64,000 bases of DNA from an uncultured Actinomycetes bacterium (GTDB taxonomy: Bacteria; Actinomycetota; Acidimicrobiia; Acidimicrobiales; Acidimicrobilacustridaceae): positions 499,753-563,752 of the forward strand of contig CAVPCW010000011.1 in NCBI GenBank assembly GCA_963702555.1, read 5' to 3'. A program made the position numbers and the translations under genes. The notes beneath the pieces are model-generated. The model had not been told where the DNA came from. It was given only the letters and a program-made list of their open reading frames with translations, and did no database searches. Shown piece by piece: positions 51,827 through 62,881 of the stretch (position 1 is the stretch's first letter; every line of letters begins with the position of its first letter).

Positions 51827-52705
51827 ATGGACATGATCTCCGGCATCCGGAACCGAGCCGCCAACGGGGAGCCCCAGGGCGCCGCGGGGCCCGACGACCG
51901 CCCCCTCCTCTCCGAGGAGCTCGCCCAGCAGTTCTCGCTCAAGGGCCGCACCGCGGTCATCACGGGTGCGGCCGGTGGCATCGGCCGCCAGGCCGCGCTC
52001 ACCTTCACCCAGGCCGGGGCCGACGTCGTCATCGCCGACGTCGGCACCGACGGCCTCGAGGAGACCGCGGCGATGGTCGAGGCCATCGGCGGCCGGGCCC
52101 TCGTGGTGCCCACCGACGTCGGCGACCGCGACCAGGTCAACGCCCTCGCGGTGGCGGCCATCAAGGCGCACGGCCGCCTCGACGTGTGGGCCAACGTCGC
52201 CGGCATCATCCGCAACTCGCTCATCATCGACTCCACGCCGGAGGACGTCGAGGCCGTCACCCGGGTGAACCTCTGGGGCACCTACTGGGGCATCGCCGCC
52301 GCCGGCCGGGCCATGAAGAACGGCGGTTCGATCATCAACACCTCGTCGGCGGGTGGCGAGATGCCCGCCCCGACGCTGTCGATCTACGCCATGACCAAGG
52401 CCGGCGTCTCCCACCTCACCCGGTGTGCCGCCACCGAGCTCGGCGGGGCCAACATCCGGGTCAACGCCATCGCTCCGGGCTTCACCGACACGCCGATGGT
52501 GCAGCGCAACTGGACCAAGCCCGACGGCTCGGTCGACGACACCGCGCGCCAGGCCCTCCTCGAGCAGCGGTCCGCGCAGTCGCCCCTGCGCACCACCGGT
52601 ACACCCGAGGACCAGACATGGGCCATGCTCTACCTCGCCTCGGACGCCTCCCGTTTCGTGACGGGACAGGTGATCCGACCGAACGGAGGGGTGGTGATGG
52701 CATGA
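51827..52705 (+). CDS. Short-chain dehydrogenase/reductase
   Basis: ATG 51827 within track ORF 50804-52705. Motifs TGAAGGIGRQ, NTSSAGG and YAMTKAG. Confidence 0.85.
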   Translation: MDMISGIRNRAANGEPQGAAGPDDRPLLSEELAQQFSLKGRTAVITGAAGGIGRQAALTFTQAGADVVIADVGTDGLEETAAMVEAIGGRALVVPTDVGDRDQVNALAVAAIKAHGRLDVWANVAGIIRNSLIIDSTPEDVEAVTRVNLWGTYWGIAAAGRAMKNGGSIINTSSAGGEMPAPTLSIYAMTKAGVSHLTRCAATELGGANIRVNAIAPGFTDTPMVQRNWTKPDGSVDDTARQALLEQRSAQSPLRTTGTPEDQTWAMLYLASDASRFVTGQVIRPNGGVVMA

Positions 52706-53511
52706 CGACCGGTGACGAGTCTCCGATCCCGGACTATCTGTCGATGCTCAGGCTCGACGGACGCAACTACGTGGTGGCCGGTGCCGGTGTCGGCATGGGT
52801 CGGCACACGACCCACGCGCTGGCGCAGGCGGGGGCCGCCAAGATCGTGTGTGTCGACATCGAGGCCTCGCGTGCCGACGAGATCGCCGACGAGGTCGGTC
52901 GCGACGTCGCCATCCCGTGGGTGGGCGACGTCACCACCCGCGAGGGCGCCGCGGCGCTCGGCGCCTTCGCCGAGCAGGAGCTGGGCAAGATCGACGGCTT
53001 CGTCGACATCATCGGCATGGCGAAGTGGGAGTCCATCCTCGACATGACCGACGAGACCTTCGACTGGGAGATCGACATGAACCTGCGTCATGCGTTCCTC
53101 CTCTCCCAGGAGCTGGGTCGACGCATGATCACGACCGGCGGCGGCACCATGACCTTCGTGGCGTCCGTCAGCGGCCTCACGTCGGGCCCGATGCACGCCG
53201 CCTACGGCGCGGCCAAGGCCGGGCTCATGGCCTGGATCCAGACGCTGTCCGAGGAGCTCGGACCCCAGGGCATCCGCGCCAACGCGGTGGCCCCGGGCAC
53301 CATCCTCAGCCCGCGCATGGACGCCGTGTTCAACGACGACCAGCGGCGGGTCAACGCCGCCAACTCGCCGCTCGGCCGCATGGGCGCCACGTCCGACATC
53401 GCGGCGGCGTGCCTGTTCCTGACGAGCGACCTGTCGGGCTACATCAGCGGGCGCACGATCGTCGTCGACGGTGGCGTCGACGCGAAGTTCCCGTACCCCA
53501 CGACGCTCTAG
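52702..53511 (+). CDS. Short-chain dehydrogenase/reductase
   Basis: ATG 52702 overlaps the preceding stop (ATGA). Motifs VVAGAGVGMG and YGAAKAG. Confidence 0.85.
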   Translation: MTTGDESPIPDYLSMLRLDGRNYVVAGAGVGMGRHTTHALAQAGAAKIVCVDIEASRADEIADEVGRDVAIPWVGDVTTREGAAALGAFAEQELGKIDGFVDIIGMAKWESILDMTDETFDWEIDMNLRHAFLLSQELGRRMITTGGGTMTFVASVSGLTSGPMHAAYGAAKAGLMAWIQTLSEELGPQGIRANAVAPGTILSPRMDAVFNDDQRRVNAANSPLGRMGATSDIAAACLFLTSDLSGYISGRTIVVDGGVDAKFPYPTTL

Positions 53512-53534
53512 CTCACCGCAGGGGGGACAACGCA

Positions 53535-53559
53535 CGGCCCGCCCCGACAGGGCGGGCCG
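53535..53559 (+). terminator. GC-rich hairpin CGGCCCGCC-N7-GGCGGGCCG
   Basis: 9-bp perfect stem, 24 nt downstream of the SDR stop at 53511. Confidence 0.4.
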
Positions 53560-53615
53560 TTGCGCGTCCGGGCCCGTGGTTTCCCCGTCGTTTTCCTGGT
53601 CGCGGGGCCCTCTGA

Positions 53616-55559
<1,944 letters not shown>

Positions 55560-55562
55560 GGC

Positions 55563-55946
55563 TCAGCCCGCCGGTTCCCGCAGGGGGGCGAGCACGTCGG
55601 TGAGCGCGGCGAGCAGCTCCTGATGGGCGAGCAGGGCGCCGACGTCGCCGCCGACGCGCAGGTGGCCCGCCATGAACGCGGCCTGGGCGCTGGTGCGGCC
55701 CTGGTGCACGTCGAGGGCGGTGGCCCGATCGCAGTGGAAGGTCACCGTGGCGTCGTCGGCCGCCCCCGCCACGAGGCGGACGGTGCCGTCGTCGAGTCGG
55801 ATCTGCCAGGTCGTGGCCGGCTCCGGGTCGTCGACCGTCTGTTGCAGCACGAGGTGGACGCCGCGGCTGGCGTCGGCGAGCCCGGGGTCGGCCCGCAACG
55901 CCGCGTCGGCGGCGTCGAACCAGGCGGGTGAGAGGTACTCCGGCAC
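55563..55946 (-). CDS. SCP2 (sterol carrier protein 2-like) domain protein
   Basis: 127 aa. It has PAWFDAADAALRADPGL and a C-terminal AFMAGHLRVGGD, typical of bacterial SCP2 domain proteins. Confidence 0.7.
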   Translation of the reverse strand: MPEYLSPAWFDAADAALRADPGLADASRGVHLVLQQTVDDPEPATTWQIRLDDGTVRLVAGAADDATVTFHCDRATALDVHQGRTSAQAAFMAGHLRVGGDVGALLAHQELLAALTDVLAPLREPAG

Positions 55947-56077
55947 CGTCGCAGACTACGGCCCCGGCGATCGGGAGCGGTCCTCGTCGTCGGTCCCGAC
56001 CGGTCACGGACGCATCGAGAGCTTCTGCGACAAGCACCATCAAGTGAGCCGGCCACATTTCACGTGGGGGCGAGGTT

Positions 56078-56548
56078 GTGGGGCGCCGAGGCGGCGTTAT
56101 GTTGGCCCTCATGTCCCAACGTACTGAAAGCCCCAAGGGCGATCTGAACGTGAAGCTGATGCGGGTCGCCCGTGCGCACCGCACCGTTGCCGCGTCACTC
56201 CTGTCCCAGGTCGGTCTCCACCCCGGGCAGGAAGCCCTCCTCATGGAGCTCTGGGATCACGACGGCCGCACCCAGGCCGACCTGGCCGAGTCCCTCGGCG
56301 TCGAGCCCCCCACGGTCACCAAGATGCTCCAGCGCATGGAGCACGGTGACCTCGTCGACCGCCGTCCTGATGCCACCGACCGCCGTGCCATCCGGGTCTA
56401 CCTGACCCCGAAGGGCCGCCGGCTCAAGGGCAAGGTCGACAAGCTGTGGTCCGAGCTCGAGAGCCGCACCCTCGACGGCCTCTCCGACCGTCAGCAGAGC
56501 TCGCTGCGCTCGTTGCTCAACACCCTCGAGGGCAACCTCGCCGGCTGA
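56078..56548 (+). CDS. MarR-family transcriptional regulator
   Basis: 156 aa; the true start is possibly ATG 56111. wHTH region TQADLAESLGVEPPTVTKMLQRMEHGDLVDRRPDATDRRAIRVYLTPKG. Confidence 0.85.
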   Translation: MGRRGGVMLALMSQRTESPKGDLNVKLMRVARAHRTVAASLLSQVGLHPGQEALLMELWDHDGRTQADLAESLGVEPPTVTKMLQRMEHGDLVDRRPDATDRRAIRVYLTPKGRRLKGKVDKLWSELESRTLDGLSDRQQSSLRSLLNTLEGNLAG

Positions 56549-56647
56549 AGGTCCTCCGGCCGTACCCTCCGCCACGGCGCTTCGGTACAGTCGACCCCAC
56601 GCCACGGGCAGCGGTCCCGGGTGGAACGATCCTCCGGAGGGCAGCGC

Positions 56648-57151
56648 ATGGGTTTCCTCGACAAGGTCAAGGAAGCAGGCAACCAGGTCGCCAACACGGT
56701 CAACGACACCGTGAACAAGGGCCAGCAGTCGATGGACCAGAGCCAGTCCCGCAAGGCGGCCGACGCGCTGCTGCGTGATCTCGGGGCGCTGGTCTACGCC
56801 CGTGACACCGGCCGCGGCGCCGAGACCACCGACGCCGACATCGCCCGGGTCATGACCGATCTCCAGGCCCACGAGGCCCAGGGCGGCGTGATCGACCTCG
56901 CCGAGCGCTCCCGGCCGCCGGCTCCCGGCGCCGCCGGAGGCGCTCCGCCTCCCCCCGGTGCCGCCGCCGCTCCGCCTCCTCCGGGTGGCGCCGTGGCCCC
57001 GCCCCCTCCTCCCGGTGGTGCACCGGCCGCCGCGCCCCCGCCCCCGGCCGCCGCCCCGCCGGTCGCTCCGCCTCCGCCCCCGTCGACGGTGGCCCCGCCG
57101 CCCCCGCCCGGCACCGTGGCACCCCCGCCTCCCCCCGGGACGGTGTCGTAG
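56648..57151 (+). CDS. Hypothetical protein with a helical N-terminal half and a poly-proline/alanine C-terminal half
   Basis: ATG 56648 (MGFLDKVKEAGNQVANTV...) within ORF 56621-57151. The C-terminal ~80 aa are PPPP(G/A) repeats. Confidence 0.55.
   Translation: MGFLDKVKEAGNQVANTVNDTVNKGQQSMDQSQSRKAADALLRDLGALVYARDTGRGAETTDADIARVMTDLQAHEAQGGVIDLAERSRPPAPGAAGGAPPPPGAAAAPPPPGGAVAPPPPPGGAPAAAPPPPAAAPPVAPPPPPSTVAPPPPPGTVAPPPPPGTVS
56912..57148 (+). repeat. Low-complexity coding repeat (Pro/Ala/Gly; units such as TVAPPPPPG)
   Basis: The translation reads PPAPGAAGGAPPPPGAAAAPPPPGGAVAPPPPPGGAPAAAPPPPAAAPPVAPPPPPSTVAPPPPPGTVAPPPPPGTVS. Confidence 0.7.
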
Positions 57152-57161
57152 CGTCGGAGCC

Positions 57162-58104
57162 GTGCTCCGCATCCTCAGCCACGTCGGTCGCCTCGAGGCG
57201 ATCACCCTTCCGCCCGAGATCGCCGCACGGGTCGAGATCATCCCGATCCCGATGGACGGCGACCTCGACGAGGGCGTCGAGGGTGAGGTCCTGCTCTCCA
57301 CCCCGACCGCGGTGCCCAACCTCGCCGACGCGCTGTCGCGGGGCGTTCGCTGGGTGCACCTGATCGGCACCGGCATCGACCAGTTCCCGGTCGACCTGAT
57401 CGGTCCCGACCGGGTGCTCACCAACTCGCGTGGTCTCGAGCGCGGTGCCCATCTCCGAGTGGGTGATGGCGTGCATGCTGGCGTTCGAGAAGCGCCTGCC
57501 CGACGCGTGGATCCAGGAGGCGCCGGCCCGGTGGAACATCCCCACCAGCCCGCTCGGCACCCTCGACGGCAAGACCCTCGCCCTGCTCGGGATGGGCGGC
57601 ATCGGCTCGGCCGTCGCGGTGCGGGCGCTGCCCTTCGGCATGACCGTCAAGGCGATGCGCCGCAGCGACGCCCCGAGCCCGGTCGAGGGCGTGGAGATGG
57701 TCTCGTCGGCCACCGAACTGGTCGCCGGCGCCGACCATGTGGTGCTGGTCGCCCCGCTCACCGATGCCACCCGCGGCCTCGTCGACCGCGACCTCTTCGC
57801 CGCCATGACGCCGGGGGTGCACCTGGTGAACGTGGCCCGGGGCCCGATCGTCGTGCAGGACGACCTCCGGGCGGCCCTCGACGACGGCATCGTGGCCCGG
57901 GCCACCCTCGACACCACCGACCCCGAGCCTCTACCGGCCGGCCACTGGCTCTACGAGCACCCGCAGGTGAGGCTCAGCCCCCACACCTCGTGGAGCTTCC
58001 CGGGCGCCTTCCCCGCCATGTTCGAGATGTTCGCCGAGAACCTGGGCCGCTACCTCGATGGCCGGCCGCTGCTCTCGGTCGTCGATCCCGCCGACGGCTA
58101 CTGA
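57162..58104 (+). pseudogene. D-isomer-specific 2-hydroxyacid dehydrogenase with a +1 frameshift
   Basis: GTG 57162 lies behind GGAG. The N-terminal part VLRILSHVGRLEAITLPPE...WVHLIGTGIDQFPVDLIGPDRVLTNSRG is in the frame of track ORF 56958. From about 57435 the protein continues in the frame of ORF 57430-58104 (SSAVPISEWVMACMLAFEKRLPD...LLGMGGIGSAVA...). Confidence 0.7.
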
Positions 58105-58105
58105 C

Positions 58106-58693
58106 GTGGGCCCCGGGGGACTCCCCGGTCCGTCGTCCGCCGGGGCGGGGATCACCGCCGCCGACGAGGGGCGCCATCCCGGAAGCCCCGCCGAGCAGTG
58201 GACCTTCACCGCCGGCCGGGCCGGCCTCGACCAGCTCCTCGTCGTGCAGCTCACCCTGGTGCCGTCCGAGGAGCGGGCGTCCTTCACCGCCGCCGTCCGC
58301 CTCGACCCCACCTACGCGGTGGTGCTGGTGGCCGCCGACCTGCCGATGCCCCAGCTGGGGCTCGAGCTGCGCGGCCCCGGCATCTGGGCCGATCACAACA
58401 TCGAGGAGCCCCTCGAGCGGTGGTCACTCGGGCTGGAGGCGTTCGGGGTCGGCATCGAGGTCACCCCGGCCGACGACCTCGAGGTGCTGCTGGCCACGAG
58501 CGGCTCCCCTGACCTGCGGGGCGACCGCGCGCCTCTCGGCTGGGACCTCGAGTGGACGACGCTGTCACCCCCGGACACCGCTGGCGAAGCGTCACGCGGC
58601 TACCGGATCGACTGCCGGGCCGAAGGCGAGATCCTCACCGGCGACGGAAGCCGGGAGGTCGACGAGCCGGGAGCGCGCACGCACCGCTGGTGA
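58106..58693 (+). CDS. Hypothetical protein (~195 aa)
   Basis: GTG 58106 lies 1 nt after the preceding stop, within ORF 58058-58693. Coding-like third-position bias. No family assigned. Confidence 0.5.
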   Translation: MGPGGLPGPSSAGAGITAADEGRHPGSPAEQWTFTAGRAGLDQLLVVQLTLVPSEERASFTAAVRLDPTYAVVLVAADLPMPQLGLELRGPGIWADHNIEEPLERWSLGLEAFGVGIEVTPADDLEVLLATSGSPDLRGDRAPLGWDLEWTTLSPPDTAGEASRGYRIDCRAEGEILTGDGSREVDEPGARTHRW

Positions 58694-58744
58694 GCCGGAG
58701 CGAGCGCCACTGAACCGGGTGGGGGCGCCACTAACCTCGGCCGG

Positions 58745-59452
58745 ATGCATTCGCAGCTGTTCGCCGCCATCTTCGCTGTCGGGATCGACCCGGAGAAGCT
58801 CCTCCAGTCCGTCGGCCTCATCGGCCTCTTCCTGGTGATCTTCGCCGAGTCCGGCATCATGATCGGCTTCTTCCTCCCGGGCGACTCGCTGCTCTTCACC
58901 GCCGGGCTCCTCACCACCGGCGTGGTGCTCAAGGAGGGCAACGACCCCTTCGTGTTCGCCGGTGGCCACGTGTGGCTGGTGGCGCTCGGCTGTGCCATCG
59001 CCGCGGTGGCCGGCGACCAGGTCGGCTACGTGTTCGGCCAGAAGGTCGGCCCGTCGCTGTTCAGGCGCCCCGAGTCCCGGCTGTTCAAGCCCGAGTACGT
59101 CATGAAGGCCGAGCTCTTCTTCGAGAAGCACGGCGCCAAGGCGATCATCCTCGCCCGCTTCGTGCCCGTGGTGCGCACCTTCACGCCGATCGTGGCCGGC
59201 ACCTCCAACATGCACTACCGCACGTTCGTGAAGTACAACGTGATCGGCGGCGTGGTGTGGGCCGTCGGCTTCGTGATGATGGGCTACTGGCTCGGTTCGG
59301 CGTTCCCCTCGATCGGCAAGAACATCGAGCTGGTCGTCGTCATCATCGTGGTGTTCTCGCTCATCCCGATCGGCATCGAGGTGTGGCGCCACCGCCGCAA
59401 GGCCAAGCTCGATGCCGCCCTCGCCGAGTACAACGAGGAGCACCCGGGCTGA
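58745..59452 (+). CDS. DedA/VTT-domain membrane protein
   Basis: 235 aa. It has FAESGIMIGFFLPGDSLLFTAG and ARFVPVVRTFTPIVAG, both typical of the DedA family. Confidence 0.85.
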   Translation: MHSQLFAAIFAVGIDPEKLLQSVGLIGLFLVIFAESGIMIGFFLPGDSLLFTAGLLTTGVVLKEGNDPFVFAGGHVWLVALGCAIAAVAGDQVGYVFGQKVGPSLFRRPESRLFKPEYVMKAELFFEKHGAKAIILARFVPVVRTFTPIVAGTSNMHYRTFVKYNVIGGVVWAVGFVMMGYWLGSAFPSIGKNIELVVVIIVVFSLIPIGIEVWRHRRKAKLDAALAEYNEEHPG

Positions 59453-59478
59453 TCGCCGGGGCCGGCGGACGGCCCTGC

Positions 59479-59640
59479 TCAGCTCCGGTCGGTCGACGAC
59501 CTCGGTGACGACGCGTCGCCGAGGGCCTCGGCCACCCGTCGCAGGACCCGGGGGTCGGCGCCGGGCTGGGCCGACTCGGCCGGGGTGGTGTCGGCGTGAC
59601 GGCGCTGGGGCAGCGCGGCCGGCTCGGGTCGCTCGGGCAT
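59479..59640 (-). CDS. Possible small protein (53 aa), unknown function
   Basis: ATG 59640 (MPERPEPAALPQRRHADTT...). Third positions are mostly G/C. No homology recognised, so this is a weak call. Confidence 0.25.
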   Translation of the reverse strand: MPERPEPAALPQRRHADTTPAESAQPGADPRVLRRVAEALGDASSPRSSTDRS

Positions 59641-59792
59641 CGCACCATGGTGCCCGACGGTCCGGCGGCGCGCGCTGATGAGGAGGCGGGGCCACCTCAT
59701 CGTGACCCGCCTCCCCGACGCGCGCCGCCCGGGGCTCGGCCTCGGCCGATGCCCCGGGCGGGTCGTCGTTCCTGGTCCGACCCCGACGGGGA

Positions 59793-60563
59793 TCAGACGA
59801 AGCCGAAGAAGCAGCCGCGGTCCTCACCGAGGTTCTCGATGGCCCCGGAGGCGTCGGCGGTGTCGAGCCCGCCTTCGAGGTCGCCGTTGGAGATCTGGGC
59901 ATCGCTGAGTGCGATCAACGCCTCCATCTGGCCGGCGTAGACCTCGCACTCCTGGTCGGTCGCTCCGCCCTGGCCGGTGGCCCCGCCGACCACCTTGGCC
60001 GTGGTGCGCACCAGCTGGTCCTCGGGGTCCTGGGCGTTGCGGGGCTGGAGGGTGACCTGGCGGCTGGTGCGGGTGCCGTCGGCGCCGTGGGCGGTGAGCA
60101 CGAAGGTGTGCGGCGACGAGCAGTTGAACGGGAGGTCGGCCTCGCCGTCGGCCGGGTACTCGGCGTACACGCCGGGGCCGTCGATCGAGATCGAGACGCC
60201 GGAGGCACCGGTGGTGGTCCAGGCGGCGGTGAAGGTCTGCAGGTTCCCGTTGTGGCAGTCGATGTCGTCGGGCGTGGTGAAGCTGTCGATGACCGGAGCG
60301 TCGGCCGTCGTCGACGAGCCGCTGCCCGTCGGCGTGGGTGCGGCGTCACCGGCAGGGGCCACCACGACGGGGCCGTCCTGGAGGGCCTGGGGGGAGGGGG
60401 CCGACGCCCGGACGGCGGCGGGAAGCACCGAGCCGCTGGCGTCATCGGTGGAGGTGGAGCCACAGGCCCCGAGGCCGGCGGTGAGGGCGAGGGCACCGGC
60501 GACGGCGGCGACGGCGACGCGGGTGCGGCGGGTGGTGGCGATGGAGGTGAGGGTGATGGTCAT
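59793..60563 (-). CDS. Secreted lipoprotein, unknown function
   Basis: 256 aa. It has a signal peptide with lipobox LTAGLGAC and a Ser/Thr/Pro-rich linker followed by a beta-rich domain. Confidence 0.7.
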   Translation of the reverse strand: MTITLTSIATTRRTRVAVAAVAGALALTAGLGACGSTSTDDASGSVLPAAVRASAPSPQALQDGPVVVAPAGDAAPTPTGSGSSTTADAPVIDSFTTPDDIDCHNGNLQTFTAAWTTTGASGVSISIDGPGVYAEYPADGEADLPFNCSSPHTFVLTAHGADGTRTSRQVTLQPRNAQDPEDQLVRTTAKVVGGATGQGGATDQECEVYAGQMEALIALSDAQISNGDLEGGLDTADASGAIENLGEDRGCFFGFV

Positions 60564-60682
60564 GATGGGCTCCCGGTGTGAGGCGCCGCCGGTCCGTCCG
60601 GCAGCATCGGGATCCCTGACGGACGGGTCGGACCGCGCTTACACCCCGTCGCCGGATTTCTTCTGCGGGCGCTCGAGCCGGG

Positions 60683-61969
60683 TCAGCCGGTGCGGCGTCG
60701 GTAGGTCACGACGCACGGGTCCGCGGCCCGGGCCACCCCGCCGATCTGCACCGGCAGCGGCACGACCTCGCGGAAGCGGGGCTCGATCTCGTAGCCGGCG
60801 AAGAAGCGCGCGGCCGAGGCGCACATGGCGGCCAGCGAGAACGGCTGGGCCGGGCAGGTGTGGGCGCCGTGGCCGAACGTCGTGACCATCTCCCGAGCGG
60901 GGAGCTCGGCCTCGTCCTTCAGGCGGCGGCGGGCCCAGCGGTCGGGGTCGTAGGCATCGAGGCCGGGCGCGGCGGTGGTGTTGGTGAGCGGCAGCAGCGT
61001 GGCGATCTGGGCGCCGGCGGGCACGGCGTAGGTGTGGTGCTCGTCGGTGACGCTCGTGGGGGCCAGGACCGCCCGCAGCATGATGGAGCGCTGTCCGAGC
61101 CGGGTCGACTCCAGGGCACACCGCTCGAGCAGCCCGGGCTCGTCGGCCCGCACCCGGGCCAGCACGTCGGGGTGGGTGGCGAGCTGGGCGAGCATCCACC
61201 CGGCGGCGGCGAACAGGTTGGACATCGAGCCGATGTGCACGAGGATGACGTCGCGGGCGATGCCGATCGAGCGCTCGGGCTCGGCCACGTCGGCCCAGCG
61301 GGCCACGATGCGGGCGAACAGGTCGTCCTGCGGGGGAGCGGCGTCCCGGGCCTCGATCGACTCGATCAGCAGGCGCTCGACCGCCGCCATGGCCTCCCGC
61401 TCGGCCTGCTTGCCACCGGCGGCCACCTCGGCCATCGCCTCGGGGTGCACGAAGGCGGCCGAGCCGTCGAGCACGTCGAACGACTCGACGAGGGCATCGA
61501 AGCGGGGGCCGACGGCCGGCACCTCGCCCGCCCAGCACGCCAGGCCCATGCGGTGGCCGAGCCGGCGGGTGAAGGCGAACAGATCGACGTCGCCGGACTC
61601 GCCCAGCTCCTCGAACGCCACGGTGATCGCCGCGTCGAGCTGGGCCAGGTAGGCGGCCACGTCCTCGCGGCCGAAGAGGTCGGCGATGTTCGTGCGCCGG
61701 TCGAAGAACAGCTCGTCGGGCAGCTTGCGGGTGAGCATCATCCAGTCGGCGACGCCCTTGCTGGCCTCCGCCTCGGGCAGGGCGTAGAAGCTCCGCAGCC
61801 CCTCGGGGGAGAGCAGGAACAGCGTCGGGTACCTCGGCCCCTCCACCACGAAGGTGTCGCCGACGCGCTCACGGGCGCCGGCCAGCGCGGCCACCGGGTC
61901 GGCGATCTCCTCGTCCCATGGCAGCGCGACGTCGGCGACCGGCGGGGCCGGTGTGATCTCCCCCTTCAC
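60683..61969 (-). CDS. Cytochrome P450 (divergent heme loop FGHGAHTCPAQ)
   Basis: This is the C-terminal 428 aa of the 557-aa track ORF, with an in-frame GTG at 61969 (VKGEITPAPP). The alternative ATG at 62038 would run through the hairpin at 62019-62059. Confidence 0.8.
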   Translation of the reverse strand: MKGEITPAPPVADVALPWDEEIADPVAALAGARERVGDTFVVEGPRYPTLFLLSPEGLRSFYALPEAEASKGVADWMMLTRKLPDELFFDRRTNIADLFGREDVAAYLAQLDAAITVAFEELGESGDVDLFAFTRRLGHRMGLACWAGEVPAVGPRFDALVESFDVLDGSAAFVHPEAMAEVAAGGKQAEREAMAAVERLLIESIEARDAAPPQDDLFARIVARWADVAEPERSIGIARDVILVHIGSMSNLFAAAGWMLAQLATHPDVLARVRADEPGLLERCALESTRLGQRSIMLRAVLAPTSVTDEHHTYAVPAGAQIATLLPLTNTTAAPGLDAYDPDRWARRRLKDEAELPAREMVTTFGHGAHTCPAQPFSLAAMCASAARFFAGYEIEPRFREVVPLPVQIGGVARAADPCVVTYRRRTG

Positions 61970-62018
61970 GGGTCGGACCGTAGCGCCGACCACGCGAGGG
62001 CACGGCCGAGAACGACGA

Positions 62019-62059
62019 CCGGCACCGCCTACCCCCATCAGGAGGTGGTTCGGTGCCGG
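62019..62059 (-). terminator. Hairpin CCGGCACCG-N23-CGGTGCCGG downstream of sdhB
   Basis: 9-bp perfect stem, 39 nt after the sdhB stop (62098) on the minus strand. Confidence 0.35.
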
Positions 62060-62097
62060 GCGAGGGTGTCCTCGGCGGGTGGGCCGCCGGAGGAGGT

Positions 62098-62859
62098 CTA
62101 GGACTGACCGAGCAGCTTGCGGTTCTTGAACTTCGACTTGAGGTAGTCGCGGTTCATGAGAGCGATGAAGTCGATCGGGATCTCCTTCGGGCACGCTTCC
62201 TGGCACTCGCCGTAGTTCGTGCAGGACCCGAAGAACATCTCCATGGTCTCGACCATGTCCTCGGTGCGCTTCCAGCGCTCGGCCTGGCCCTGGGGCAGCA
62301 GGTTGAGGTGGGCGAGCTTGGCCGAGGTGAACAGCTGGCCGGCACCGTTGGGGCACGCTGCCACGCAGGCGCCGCAGCCGATGCAGGCCGCCGCGTCCAT
62401 GGCGGTGTCGGCGGCCGGCTTCGGGATCGGGATCTCGTTGGCGTCCCGCGGCGCACCGGTGTCGGCGGTGATGTAGCCACCGGCCTCGATGATGGCGTCG
62501 AGCGCCGAGCGGTCGACCATGAGGTCCTTCTGGACCGGGAAGGCGGCCGCCCGCCAGGGCTCGATGGTGACGGTCTCGCCGTCCTTGAACTTCCGCATGT
62601 GCAACTGGCAGGTGGCGGTGCCCAGCTGGGGGCCGTGCGCCTGGCCGTTGATCATGAGGCCGCAGGTGCCGCAGATGCCTTCACGGCAGTCGCTGTCGAA
62701 GGTGATCGGCTCGCGGCCGGCCTCGATCAGCGCCTCGTTGACGTTGTCGAGCATCTCGAGGAAGGACATCTCGTCCTTCACGTCGCTGGCCTGGTAGGTC
62801 TCGAAGCGTCCCGGATCGTTCGGGCCGTCCTGACGCCAGACCTTGAGGGTGAGGTTCAC
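62098..62859 (-). CDS. sdhB: Succinate dehydrogenase/fumarate reductase iron-sulfur subunit
   Basis: GTG 62859 lies behind GGAGA. Three Cys clusters: CREGICGTCG, CIGCGACVAACP and CTNYGECQEACP. Confidence 0.9.
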   Translation of the reverse strand: MNLTLKVWRQDGPNDPGRFETYQASDVKDEMSFLEMLDNVNEALIEAGREPITFDSDCREGICGTCGLMINGQAHGPQLGTATCQLHMRKFKDGETVTIEPWRAAAFPVQKDLMVDRSALDAIIEAGGYITADTGAPRDANEIPIPKPAADTAMDAAACIGCGACVAACPNGAGQLFTSAKLAHLNLLPQGQAERWKRTEDMVETMEMFFGSCTNYGECQEACPKEIPIDFIALMNRDYLKSKFKNRKLLGQS

Positions 62860-62881
62860 GTGGTCTCCAGTGGGCCAGGGT

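Noticed and set aside
56958-58838. 626-aa Pro/Arg-rich plus-strand ORF
   Set aside because: Only the segment 57162 to about 57434 is meaningful (the N-terminus of the frameshifted 2-hydroxyacid dehydrogenase). The rest is an alternative frame across the polyproline gene and the hypothetical gene.
59361-59700. ORFs 59412-59678 (+), 59361-59648 (-) and the long form of 59479-59700 (-) in the 340-bp gap after dedA
   Set aside because: They are Arg/Pro-rich and mutually overlapping. Only the short 53-aa version (59479-59640) has tolerable codon bias, and it is kept as a low-confidence feature.
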